DNA of 64,000 nt, taken from Candidatus Poribacteria bacterium (GTDB lineage: Bacteria > Poribacteria > WGA-4E > PCPOR2b). The notes under the pieces are model-generated. The model saw only the letters and a list, made by a program, of their open reading frames with translations. It did not search any database and was not told the DNA's origin. The position numbers and the translations under genes were made by a program. Below, one piece after another: positions 39,381-49,391 of the stretch (the first letter of the stretch is position 1; the number at the start of each line of letters is the position of its first letter). The DNA lies in NCBI GenBank assembly GCA_965208675.1, contig OZ242351.1, forward strand, positions 3,072,001-3,136,000, in the 5' to 3' direction.

Positions 39381-39702
39381 AAACGATTTGCACGCGGACC
39401 AAATTCGACATCCAGTCTGAATCTGGCAATCCTGAACAAGTGAGAAATTGTCGCTAGGGTCTATCATTTCCCCGCTTATTACAAATACTTGCAATTCTCA
39501 AGCAAAATTTAAACCCTTGCAAATCCGCCTTCAAACCGAAGTTTTTTCTTCAAAACTCGGTTTCTGTATCTGGTTTGTCGATTGATTTCCTCGCCCCATA
39601 CCCCTCGGCTTGAATTTCCATGCCCTAATTGACACCAGCACAATATGCAAACCATCTCCGCCAGTAGCACACCGCGCCGAAAAAAAATTCCAAAAAAAAC
39701 GC

Positions 39703-39777
39703 TTGACAATATTTTTTTAATCGTTTATGATATGTGTATATTGTGCGTTTGACACAGGACAACACAACATATAGGGG
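39703..39777 (+). promoter_or_regulatory. sigma70 promoter with tandem NrdR boxes
   Basis: TTGACA(39703)-N17-TATGAT; NrdR box ACACAACATATAGGGG at 39762 and a half-conserved box ..ATATTGTG at 39731, 31 bp apart. Confidence 0.75.
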
Positions 39778-39782
39778 CAAAT

Positions 39783-40259
39783 ATGAAGTGTCCATATTGT
39801 GAAAGTCCGATAACAAAAGTCCTTGATAAACGGGAAACCGACGCCGGTCACATAACCCGCAGGCGCCGGGAGTGCCTGAGTTGCGCCAAGCGGTTTACAA
39901 CTTATGAGCGCGCCGAGGTCCTGAATCTATTCATCATCAAGAAGGACAAGCGCCGAGAAGCCTTTAATCGGGAAAAACTGAAGCGGAATCTGATGAAGGC
40001 GTGCGAAAAACGCCCTATCAGCCATGAAACCATCAATCATCTCATAGCAAATATCGAACAGGAACTCATCAATATGCGCAAGTCGGAGATTGAAAGCCGC
40101 GCGCTCGGTGAATTAGTCATGGGTGAACTTAAAGAATTAGATAAAGTGGCGTACATCCGATTCGCTTCAGTCTATCGAGATTTCACAGACGTAGAAGATT
40201 TTGAGAAAGAACTCCAGGAACTGATCCAGAACGAGAAATCCAAGGAAATTGAGGTTTAA
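39783..40259 (+). CDS. nrdR: Transcriptional repressor NrdR
   Basis: MKCPYC..KVLDKR..RRRRECLSCAKRFTTYE, ATP-cone, DKVAYIRFASVYRDF. Confidence 0.97.
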   Translation: MKCPYCESPITKVLDKRETDAGHITRRRRECLSCAKRFTTYERAEVLNLFIIKKDKRREAFNREKLKRNLMKACEKRPISHETINHLIANIEQELINMRKSEIESRALGELVMGELKELDKVAYIRFASVYRDFTDVEDFEKELQELIQNEKSKEIEV

Positions 40260-40711
40260 ACTTGAGAATTGTGGGGTAGTAATAGCTTGGGTTGAATCAC
40301 AGAGATACCCAACACCTCAATCAAAAATTTTAACAAAAACCCGTAATTATTTATACGCCGCGGTAGGTTCGGTTTCCCAACCGAACCGGTATTTTCCAGT
40401 CCCCTACGAACGGTTTCCAACCGTACCCGCCGAAACATGTGTAAATATGAATGGAATTGACTATAGTGCCATTGCTCTAAACGTATAGCATTACACCGTC
40501 ATAATTGAGGAATTAAGAGCGATTACGCGAGGTAAAAAATATAAGCGATGTAAAATGTAATGCGCAGAATCCGCTCCAGCACTAGCTTTCAGCAATTCAG
40601 GAATTACATCGGTGTAATTCGATGTAAAACTGAAAACCAAGGAATTTTTAATTTCTAAATGATTTCAATCGTTTTAATCTAGCACTATTCGCTATCAAGG
40701 AGATTACATGC

Positions 40712-43700
40712 ATGGCTAAAGCTAAAAAATCCAAATCTCGTGACAATCAGATAGTAGGCGCGCCGACAGCCGAAAATAAACGGCATCAGAAGGCGGGCTT
40801 GAAGATCGATAGATTTTTCACGACGCCCGGTGTCCATCCGTACGAGGAAATCGAGTGGGAACAACGGGATTCCGCAATTTATGATGAGAAGGGCGAGGTC
40901 ATCTTCCAACAAACGGAGGTAGAAGTCCCCACAACTTGGTCCCAATTGGCGACTGACATCGCCGCATCGAAATACTTTCGTAAAGCCGGCGTCCCCGGAA
41001 CCGAGCAAGAGTCAAGCGCCCGCCAGCTCATCCAGCGAGTCGCGCATACCATCCGCCAATCCGGCGCGCAGATGGGAGGATACTTCGCCTCACCCGAAGA
41101 TGCCGAGTCCTTTGAGGCGGAACTCACCTATCTGCTCATTACCCAACGCGGCGCCTTCAACTCACCGGTGTGGTTCAACTGCGGGCTTTGGCACGAATAC
41201 GGCATCAAAGGCAGCGGCGGCAACTACTGCTGGGATTTTGAAACCGAACGCGTCGAGAAAACAAAAAACGCCTATGAGCGGCCGCAGAACTCAGCCTGTT
41301 TCATCCAGAGTGTGGACGACTCCCTAGATTCGATGCTTGAACTGCAAAAATCCGAAGTCCGCCTATTCAAATACGGTTCGGGCACCGGCTCCAATTTCAG
41401 CCAGATTCGCGCTAAAGGCGAACATCTCTCGGGCGGCGGTGCAAGTTCAGGCGTACTCTCCTTCCTCGAAGGTTTCGACCGTTGGGCGGGCAGCATTAAA
41501 AGCGGCGGCACCACGCGCAGAGCCGCGAAAATGGTTATCCTTGATATGGATCACCCCGAAATCGTGGACTATATTGATTGGAAGTTGCGCGAGGAAAAGA
41601 AAGTCCAAGCCTTAATCGCCGGCGGCTATCCCGCAGACTTCAACGGCGAGGCATACCGCACCATCAGCGGCCAAAACAGCAACAACTCCGTGCGAATCCC
41701 CGACGCCTTTATGGAATCATACCTCAAAGACGGCGACTGGAAGACAACCTACCGCGTCAGCCGTGAGGTCGCATCCGAGTATAAGGCAAAGTGGCTGATG
41801 GATAAAATCGCCCACGCAGCTTGGGCCTGCGCCGATCCCGGCGTCCAATTCGACGACACCATCCAACGATGGAATACCTGCAAGAGCAGCGACCGCATTA
41901 ACGCAACCAACCCCTGTTCGGAATTCGTGTTCTTGGACGATACCGCCTGCAACCTCGCAAGTATCAACCTCGCAAAGTTCTTGCAGGACGATGGCAGCTT
42001 TGACGTTGACGCTTTTCGCCAGGCTGTTCGTGTCTTTATCACCGCGATGGAAATAATTGTCGACCTATCCGCCTACCCCATGGAGAAAATTGCGCAGCGG
42101 TCGCACGAATTTCGCCCGCTCGGTCTAGGCTATGCAAATCTGGGCACACTCTTGATGTTGAACGGCATTCCTTATGACAGCGATGAAGCCCGCGCCTGGG
42201 CGGCGTCAATCTCGGCAATCCTGTCTGGACACGGTTACCGAACCAGCGCCGAGATAGCCGGCAGCGTCGGTCCGTTCCCCGAGTTTGAAGTGAACAGCCG
42301 GTCAATGCTGGACGTCATGCAGATGCACCGCGAGGCAGCCTACGAAATTTCTGAAGCGGACTGTCCAGACAACCTGCTCCAAGCCGCGCGGGAAGATTGG
42401 GACATCTGCCTACAACTGGGCGAACGATTCGGCTACCGTAACTCCCAAATCTCGGTCATCGCACCCACCGGCACTATCGCTTTTCTGATGGACTGCGACA
42501 CCACCGGAATCGAACCAGATTTTGCGCTGGTGAAATTCAAAAAACTAGCCGGCGGCGGTTACTTCAAAATTGTCAACCAGAGCGTGCCAAGAGCCATGGA
42601 GCGGCTCGGCTATACCCCCGACCAAATTGATGAAATTGTCGCTTACATCGTCGGCACCGCGTCGCTCAACGGAACGCCTATCAACACAGAAAGACTCAAG
42701 GAGAAGGGCTTCACAGACGAAGATTTGTCGAAAATTGAATCGGTGTTGCCCGCCGCGTTTGACCTAAACATCGCTTTCGCGCCCCATACGCTCGGCGAGG
42801 CAACGCTGCAGCGGCTGGGAATTAGCGCTGAAAGTGCGCAGGCGCCGGGCTTCAGTATCTTGCGCGCGTTGGGCTTCAACCGTGAGGAGATTGACGCTGC
42901 CGAAGAAATTATCTGCGGACGCGGCACTGTCGAGGGCGCGCCGCACCTCAAGCCGGAACACTATCCTATCTTCGACTGCGCCAACAAATGCGGGAGAACA
43001 GGCACGCGCTACATCACTCCCATGGGCCCCGTTAAGATGATGGCGGCTGTCCAGCCCTTCATCAGCGGCGCAATATCAAAGACTGTCAACCTTCCCAACG
43101 AGGTCTCGGAGGACGAAATTAAGCAGGTATATGTCGAGGCGTGGAAGTTGGGCGTGAAGTGCATGGCTGTCTATCGAGACGGCAGCAAGAGCAGCCAACC
43201 GCTCTCCACAACCAGCCAGCAAGAGGCGGAGGAGATAGAATCGGAAATACAGGTAGAGTACCGTCCCGTCCGTAAACATCTGCCCGACGAACGCAGATCC
43301 CTTACCCACAAGTTCAGCGTTGGCGGGCACGAAGGCTACCTCACCGTCGGATTCTATGAGGACGGGCGGCCCGGGGAAGTCTTCCTTAGAATGTCCAAGG
43401 AGGGGTCGGTCATCTCCGGATTGATGGATACCATCGCAACCATGACTTCGGTCGCGCTTCAATACGGCGTACCGCTGGAATCGCTTGTCGAAAAATTCAG
43501 TCACAAACGCTTTGAGCCGTCCGGCTACACCAACAATAAGGACATCCCGATTGCGAAGTCGATTATCGACTACGTCTTCCGCTGGCTAGGATTAAAATTC
43601 CTTGCCCAGAGCCAATCTGAGGAAGATGAAAGCCTCGAAGATCAACTCGTCGATCCCCGCCAACTCCACTCCTTCGCCGATAACGGCGGCAACCAAGAGT

Positions 43701-43879
43701 TAAATGCGCCCGCCGCCATGCTGCCAAGCGGTCAGCGCGCGCAGTTGGAAGCCCAAGAAAAACGCGTCGCTTCAATGCAGTCCGACGCACCCCCTTGCCA
43801 CGCCTGCGGCTCAATCATGGTACGCAACGGAACCTGCTACCGCTGCCTCAATTGCGGCGAAACCAGCGGCTGCTCGTAA
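40712..43879 (+). CDS. nrdJ: Class II (adenosylcobalamin-dependent) ribonucleotide reductase
   Basis: FNSPVWFN, SACFI, TNPCSE, ACNLASINL, IAPTGTI, ISKTVN, YRDGSK, C-terminal TSCPD-like domain and CHAC..CLNC; no intein seen. Confidence 0.95.
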   Translation: MAKAKKSKSRDNQIVGAPTAENKRHQKAGLKIDRFFTTPGVHPYEEIEWEQRDSAIYDEKGEVIFQQTEVEVPTTWSQLATDIAASKYFRKAGVPGTEQESSARQLIQRVAHTIRQSGAQMGGYFASPEDAESFEAELTYLLITQRGAFNSPVWFNCGLWHEYGIKGSGGNYCWDFETERVEKTKNAYERPQNSACFIQSVDDSLDSMLELQKSEVRLFKYGSGTGSNFSQIRAKGEHLSGGGASSGVLSFLEGFDRWAGSIKSGGTTRRAAKMVILDMDHPEIVDYIDWKLREEKKVQALIAGGYPADFNGEAYRTISGQNSNNSVRIPDAFMESYLKDGDWKTTYRVSREVASEYKAKWLMDKIAHAAWACADPGVQFDDTIQRWNTCKSSDRINATNPCSEFVFLDDTACNLASINLAKFLQDDGSFDVDAFRQAVRVFITAMEIIVDLSAYPMEKIAQRSHEFRPLGLGYANLGTLLMLNGIPYDSDEARAWAASISAILSGHGYRTSAEIAGSVGPFPEFEVNSRSMLDVMQMHREAAYEISEADCPDNLLQAAREDWDICLQLGERFGYRNSQISVIAPTGTIAFLMDCDTTGIEPDFALVKFKKLAGGGYFKIVNQSVPRAMERLGYTPDQIDEIVAYIVGTASLNGTPINTERLKEKGFTDEDLSKIESVLPAAFDLNIAFAPHTLGEATLQRLGISAESAQAPGFSILRALGFNREEIDAAEEIICGRGTVEGAPHLKPEHYPIFDCANKCGRTGTRYITPMGPVKMMAAVQPFISGAISKTVNLPNEVSEDEIKQVYVEAWKLGVKCMAVYRDGSKSSQPLSTTSQQEAEEIESEIQVEYRPVRKHLPDERRSLTHKFSVGGHEGYLTVGFYEDGRPGEVFLRMSKEGSVISGLMDTIATMTSVALQYGVPLESLVEKFSHKRFEPSGYTNNKDIPIAKSIIDYVFRWLGLKFLAQSQSEEDESLEDQLVDPRQLHSFADNGGNQELNAPAAMLPSGQRAQLEAQEKRVASMQSDAPPCHACGSIMVRNGTCYRCLNCGETSGCS

Positions 43880-43903
43880 AATCGGACCAAGTTGGCATTA
43901 AAA

Positions 43904-43949
43904 AAGGGCATCGTATTGGATTCTCGTTCCGGTTCAACGCGATGTCCTT
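43904..43949 (+). terminator. Hairpin after nrdJ
   Basis: AAGGGCATCG...CGATGTCCTT followed by a T-rich tract. Confidence 0.4.
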
Positions 43950-44062
43950 ATTATTTTAGCATTGATTATTACTCACAATTATCTACAGTTGTTTTCAGCA
44001 AATGGTCATTTGTCATTGGCTTTCAAACCACAACTTCTTCTATGAGGAAAAGGTGTTCTGTC

Positions 44063-44920
44063 GTGAGTCAAGATTCTTCCGTTAAACAGCAGTTTTTTGG
44101 CTGCCTAAAAAACTTTGTATCATCGCTAGACCACTATGTTAGTACGGACGATGGGCAGTGGCGTGTAAAGGGGTTCATTGATGTATGCAAGAACATCTAC
44201 ACAATATCTTCGGATACCAAGATAACATCCAAAATTCTTGAGATACACCTGTTACCTCAGATACTTGAGTTTGCACATGAAATCGGATACAGGGTGGTTC
44301 TAGCCGAACATCAGAATTACTATCCAGATATCTCTTTTGTGCATGCCAATGACGAACGCATCAAATTCGCTGTTGATTTCAAAACTACATATCGTTTGCC
44401 CGAAAATCCGGAATTCTGCAATGGATTCACTTTGGGCTCCCATGGGGCATATTTCGTAAATAGAGGAAGTTCAAAGAATATTCAATTCCCCTATGGCCAA
44501 TACCAAGGACATTTTTGTCTGGGAATTATCTATAGCCGACATTCGAAGTCAAGGACAACAGAAACTCGTACCTACAAAATTGAGGAACTGCACTCAATTG
44601 CGTCCGTAATTAAGGATTTCAGGTTCTTCGTCGCGGAAAAATGGAAGATTGCAAGCGATAAAAGCGGCAGTGGAAATACCGCAAACATTGGTAGTATCGC
44701 CAGAATTGATGATATAGTATCAGAACGAGGGATGTTTTCAATCTTGGGCGAGAGATGGTTCGATGATTACTGGATGAACTATGGCAAGATTACCATCTCC
44801 GAAGATCCAGGCAAAACCAAGCAAATTACTAACTTGCGAGATTTTGTGATATACAGAGGAGGCGACGTTCGCCTTATTGTACCCAAAGCGCGTAAAAAGG
44901 CTGTGAGGCACGAGAGCTAG
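44063..44920 (+). CDS. EcoRV-family type II restriction endonuclease; start uncertain
   Basis: SDTKITSKILE, QNYYPD, AVDFKTTY, FTLGS, KNIQFPY, KWKIASD.SGSGNTANIGSI match the EcoRV motif order. Confidence 0.88.
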   Translation: MSQDSSVKQQFFGCLKNFVSSLDHYVSTDDGQWRVKGFIDVCKNIYTISSDTKITSKILEIHLLPQILEFAHEIGYRVVLAEHQNYYPDISFVHANDERIKFAVDFKTTYRLPENPEFCNGFTLGSHGAYFVNRGSSKNIQFPYGQYQGHFCLGIIYSRHSKSRTTETRTYKIEELHSIASVIKDFRFFVAEKWKIASDKSGSGNTANIGSIARIDDIVSERGMFSILGERWFDDYWMNYGKITISEDPGKTKQITNLRDFVIYRGGDVRLIVPKARKKAVRHES

Positions 44921-44922
44921 AT

Positions 44923-45879
44923 ATGAAAGTCATGATTCCTCCGATAAAGTGCCAAGGCATCAAAGGCAAGATTCTTCCTTTAATCAGAAGGGCTATGGAT
45001 TGGTCTTTTGAAGGCACTTGGATTGAACCCTTTATGGGGTCAGGTGTCGTTGGTTTCAATGTCATGCCACGCTGTGCAATCTTCGCAGATAGCAACCCCC
45101 ATTTGATTGACTTCTATAGAGCCATTGCTAGTGGAAAGGTAGACGGCTTTAAGGTGAGAAGATTTCTTGAACGCGAAGGGCAGATACTTGCAAAATGTGG
45201 TGAAGATTACTATTACGAAGTACGCGCTCGGTTTAACGGAACACATGAGCCTCTTGACTTTCTGTTTTTGAACCGCTGTTGCTTCAATGGGATGATTCGG
45301 TTCAATCGCAAAGGCGGCTTTAATACGCCTTTCGGGCACAAACCGCAACGATTTTCTAAGGCATATATTACAAAGATTGTTAACCAAGTTGATTACGTGT
45401 CCATTATTACGAAGAATTCTAATTGGACATTTGTTTGCCAAGATTTTAGAGAAACACTAAAAGAGGTTTCTGAGGATGATTTTATCTACTGCGATCCGCC
45501 TTATGTCGGGCGTCACACAGACTATTTTGATAGCTGGGACGAGGAGCATGAGCATCAACTGTTCGCGATTCTAAGCCGATTGCCTTGCAAATTCCTTCTG
45601 TCAACGTGGCATAGCAGTCCGTATAGGAAAAACGTATTCCTTGATACACTGTGGTCAAAATTCAATGTTTTAACCAAGGAACACTTCTATCACATTGGAG
45701 CGCGGATGGAAAATAGAAAACCCATGCTTGAAGCTCTTGTGATGAATTTTACGCCGAGACGCCCACATGAAGAACCTGCCAATACACCTGAACAACTAAG
45801 AATTTTTGAAAAACTGAAGGCGTATCAAAGACGCAAGAGTTCAGACCTAGAAAATCAGCCTCTCTTTCATGAAATGTAA
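44923..45879 (+). CDS. Dam/D12-class N6-adenine DNA methyltransferase (M.EcoRV-like)
   Basis: PPIKCQGIK, WIEPFMGSGVV, FNGMIRFNRKGGFNTPF, IYCDPPY. Confidence 0.92.
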   Translation: MKVMIPPIKCQGIKGKILPLIRRAMDWSFEGTWIEPFMGSGVVGFNVMPRCAIFADSNPHLIDFYRAIASGKVDGFKVRRFLEREGQILAKCGEDYYYEVRARFNGTHEPLDFLFLNRCCFNGMIRFNRKGGFNTPFGHKPQRFSKAYITKIVNQVDYVSIITKNSNWTFVCQDFRETLKEVSEDDFIYCDPPYVGRHTDYFDSWDEEHEHQLFAILSRLPCKFLLSTWHSSPYRKNVFLDTLWSKFNVLTKEHFYHIGARMENRKPMLEALVMNFTPRRPHEEPANTPEQLRIFEKLKAYQRRKSSDLENQPLFHEM

Positions 45880-45957
45880 GGGGTAATGAATTCTATGAAT
45901 CTGGATTCAGATGTAGCGTTTGGTTCAATCGAGTTGAGCGTTTTAGGCAAGTTCTTG

Positions 45958-46188
45958 TAGGTTGGGTAGAGCGATCAACCGACCGAATAGGGAGGGCGAT
46001 AGTCTTTATATAGTCCAGTCCGATGGCAGCGGGGTGAGATGTGTGCATGCCCTTTCAATAGCTGAGTTGGTTGACACAATTCTGACGCGTTGGGTTTCGC
46101 TGCGTCTAGTGTATCTTGCACAAAGCTAGCCTATTGATTAATTAGTTATAATCGGCATGTTTCGGTGTACCCAATCTACCCAACCTAC
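45958..46188. repeat. Inverted REP doublet (GTAGGTTGGGTAGA family)
   Basis: Left arm at 45958 (+); complete 100-nt unit at 46089-46188 (-). Confidence 0.75.
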
Positions 46189-46393
46189 AAACGCTACCCG
46201 AATCTCAACGAAAGAACCGACGCATCCTCTTCCACCGTGGGAGAGGCATCCTTGCCTCGATAATCAGGAGAAGAATCTCACCCCCAACTGCCTCGCAACA
46301 ATTCGGCAATCGTAAGTTGACACCAAGACCCTACAAAATCACCCTGCACATTTACCTTTCCCAATGCCGGCGATGCCTCTTTAGAACGCTTCT

Positions 46394-47647
46394 ATGACCC
46401 CAATCCAAAAAACAGCCCAACCCCATGAAAAACGCAATTTCATTGTATTCGTTGTGAATCAGATTTTCGTGCGTATCGGCTGGATATTTAAGACTGAAAC
46501 GGTGGTCATGCCCGGCTTTCTCGATACGCATACCCCATCCGGCGTCATTCGCGGATTCCTGCCGCTTATCGCCCGAGTCGGACAGAGCTTGCCCCAGTTT
46601 CTCGTCGCACACCAAGTCTCAAAGATGCCCAGAAAACAGGCTGTGTTTATAGGGTCTGCGTTCGGCATCATGATTCCTTGGCTCGTATTGGCGCTGACGC
46701 TGGGGTTGACTGATTTCGCTGGAAACGTCATCGTCGGGTTCTTTCTGGCATCATACACAATGCACTGGCTAATGCTCGGCTGCAATATGCTTGCAAACGG
46801 CACCCTGCAGGGCAAACTAATCCGCGCTGAAAGACGCGGGCGAATCCTGGCTTATGCCAATACCATCGGGTGTATGCTTGCGATTGCCGCGTTCTGGTTG
46901 GCTGCGCCGTACTGGCTGCGCGAAGGAAACACGAATTATGCGTGGATATTCGGAACCACCGGCGGCTTCTTCGGTCTCGCCGCATATGCCGGTTTGTATT
47001 TCCGCGAACCGCCAGACTCAACCGTGCAGGAATCTTCTCACCTACTTAAGTTTCTCGGTTCCGGCTTGATGCTGGTGCGCCGTGACCGGGACTTTCGCAG
47101 GCTGGCGGTGGTAATACTTCTGTTCTACGTCGTTTGGTTGCTATTCCCGCACTACACCGTATTCGGGATGCGCAGGTTGGGATTGGCGCCCGGGAACTTT
47201 TTCACGTTAATCGCCGTACAGAATACAATAAATGCGTTGAGTTCCGGAGTGATGGGCAATCTAGCCGATCGCCGGGGCAACCGGTTTGTGCTGCGAATGC
47301 TCATATTCATCGGCGCCTTAGCCCCATTGGTAGCTATTTTTATCAGCCGGTTGGCCATAGGCGCGGACCTCTACTGGATTGTGTACGCCTTTCTTGGATT
47401 CATTCCCGTATCGAATCGTGTTGTCATAAACTACACCCTTGAAATTTCGCCGCAGCAAAAACACCCGCAATACTTGGGAGTCATGAGTCTCTTCCAAGCG
47501 CTCCCGTTGTGCGCGTCGCCTCTGCTCGGGCTGCTGATTGACCGTTTCTCTTTTGAACCTGTATTTGTCTTCTGCTCGTTAATCACCTTGTGGGCAGTCT
47601 TCCTAACCTTCCGCTTGAGTGAACCTAGATTCGCTCAGAATGTTTAG
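46394..47647 (+). CDS. MFS transporter, paralog 1
   Basis: About 12 TM helices; GNLADRRGNR motif A. Confidence 0.9.
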   Translation: MTPIQKTAQPHEKRNFIVFVVNQIFVRIGWIFKTETVVMPGFLDTHTPSGVIRGFLPLIARVGQSLPQFLVAHQVSKMPRKQAVFIGSAFGIMIPWLVLALTLGLTDFAGNVIVGFFLASYTMHWLMLGCNMLANGTLQGKLIRAERRGRILAYANTIGCMLAIAAFWLAAPYWLREGNTNYAWIFGTTGGFFGLAAYAGLYFREPPDSTVQESSHLLKFLGSGLMLVRRDRDFRRLAVVILLFYVVWLLFPHYTVFGMRRLGLAPGNFFTLIAVQNTINALSSGVMGNLADRRGNRFVLRMLIFIGALAPLVAIFISRLAIGADLYWIVYAFLGFIPVSNRVVINYTLEISPQQKHPQYLGVMSLFQALPLCASPLLGLLIDRFSFEPVFVFCSLITLWAVFLTFRLSEPRFAQNV

Positions 47648-47661
47648 CTATTACGGCTCTT

Positions 47662-47867
47662 GTAGGTTGGGTAAAGCGGCATTCATGAAACACGCAACAT
47701 GAAGCGAATTGGTTCCGAGCACCAACACGGATTGAAACTTGATACCATGTAACGAAACCCAACTTTTTTCGTGTCTCAATGGGTTGATGATGTGAGATGT
47801 ACGTTCGACGCTCGAAATTGCCAAATTGGTCGACAGACTTTAAAAGTGTTGATGCCCGCACACCTAC
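47662..47867. repeat. 102-nt REP unit (47662-47763) with a degenerate inverted partner
   Basis: GTAGGTTGGGTAAAGCGG...CGAAACCCAAC; ...CACCTAC at ~47861. Confidence 0.7.
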
Positions 47868-47930
47868 AAATTAAACGAGTACCGCCAATTCCCACAAAAT
47901 TAGACAGCGAGACCGCTTCGGGACACTTTT

Positions 47931-49202
47931 ATGAACAACATTGAAAATTCATCTCAACCTCATGAAAAACACAACTTCATGGTGTTCGTCGTGAATCAGG
48001 TATTGGTGCGCATCGGCTGGATATTCAAGAACGAAACTGCCATTATTCCACGATTCCTTGAATTGCACAGCCCGTCGGGCGTCATACGCGGGTTCCTCCC
48101 GCTTATCTTTGGACTCGGGCAAAGTCTGCCCCTGTTTCTCATCGCGCACCCGGTTTCAAAGATGATTAGAAAAAAGGGCGTGTTCGTAATCTCCGCGTTC
48201 GGCAACGCCCTCCCTTGGTTGGTTCTGGCGTTGATATTGGGATTGTCAGATTTCGCTGGTCCTGTCGTCGTAGGTATCTTTCTGGTATCACACACACTGA
48301 GCTGGTTGATGATGGGGTGTAATCGGCTCGCCATCGGCGTCCTGCAAGGTAAGTTAATCCGCGTCGACCAGCGCGGGCGGCTGTTGGCTTATGACAATTC
48401 CATCGGCTGCCTGCTTGCGGTTGCCGCTTTTTGGCTGGTCATGCCGCATTGGCTGCGAGAAGGAAACACGCATTATGCGTGGATTTTTGGCACCGCCGGG
48501 GGTTTCTTCGGTCTTGCCGCGTGCGCCAGTTTCTATTTTCGGGAGACGCCGGACTGGTATTCTTGGGAATCAGCCGGCTCATCGGCGCCGCCCTCTTTTG
48601 CCAAGTTTCTTAGTTCGGGATTGATGCTGGTACGTTATGACCGAAACTTCCGCATTCTCGCGGTAGTTATTGTGTTGTTCCATCTCGCTTGGCTGCTTTT
48701 CCCGCACTACACGGTATTTGGGATGCGGAGATTGGGACTGGCGCCCGCGAACTTTTTTATCATAATTTCTGTACAGAACGTCGTAACCGCGATCGGTTCT
48801 TGGGCAATGGGAAATTTAGCCGATCGACGCGGCAACCGGCTCGTGCTGCGCATTTTGGTTTTCATCGGAGTTTTCGCCCCTTTGTCAGCAATTGCCATCA
48901 GCCAGCTACCCATGGGAGCTGACCTCTATTGGTTTGTGTTTGCGTTTCTGGGATTTTTTCCGGCATTCAATCGTGTTATCATGAACTACACGCTTGAGAT
49001 CGCGCCGCGCGCCAAGCACTCGCAATACCTGGGCGTGATAAATTTAATCCAAGCCTGCTCGCTTTTCGCGTCCCCGCTGATCGGGCTTATAATCGACCGG
49101 CTCTCCTTTGAACCCGTGTTTATTTCCGGCGCCGTATTGGCGCTTACGGCAGGGTTGCTGACCTTCTGGTTGGCTGAACCCAGGCAATCTCGGATTTTTT
49201 AG
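47931..49202 (+). CDS. MFS transporter, paralog 2 (tandem duplicate)
   Basis: Collinear with paralog 1 over the full length. Confidence 0.9.
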   Translation: MNNIENSSQPHEKHNFMVFVVNQVLVRIGWIFKNETAIIPRFLELHSPSGVIRGFLPLIFGLGQSLPLFLIAHPVSKMIRKKGVFVISAFGNALPWLVLALILGLSDFAGPVVVGIFLVSHTLSWLMMGCNRLAIGVLQGKLIRVDQRGRLLAYDNSIGCLLAVAAFWLVMPHWLREGNTHYAWIFGTAGGFFGLAACASFYFRETPDWYSWESAGSSAPPSFAKFLSSGLMLVRYDRNFRILAVVIVLFHLAWLLFPHYTVFGMRRLGLAPANFFIIISVQNVVTAIGSWAMGNLADRRGNRLVLRILVFIGVFAPLSAIAISQLPMGADLYWFVFAFLGFFPAFNRVIMNYTLEIAPRAKHSQYLGVINLIQACSLFASPLIGLIIDRLSFEPVFISGAVLALTAGLLTFWLAEPRQSRIF

Positions 49203-49391
49203 CCGCCGCCATACCTTAATCTCCCGCACCAATTTTTAGTACGATTTTGCCTGCGAGAATCATTTGACCTCCGTTTTGCAATGATTTGGAAAACTATGTA
49301 TGCAAAGTTTGTTTTGCCCAAGCCGCCTTTTTAGTGTTATTATAAGAAGAAGCGAGATACCAGCACATATTCCGATTTTGGAGTTTCACAA

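Noticed and set aside
40462-40474. sigma54 site (TGGCAC on the minus strand)
   Set aside because: No GC at the -12 position.
40260-40711. B12 riboswitch upstream of nrdJ
   Set aside because: No B12-box or conserved GGGAA/GCCACTG elements were found.
40712-43879. Intein or intron in nrdJ
   Set aside because: Catalytic motifs are contiguous, with no splice-junction or homing-endonuclease motifs.
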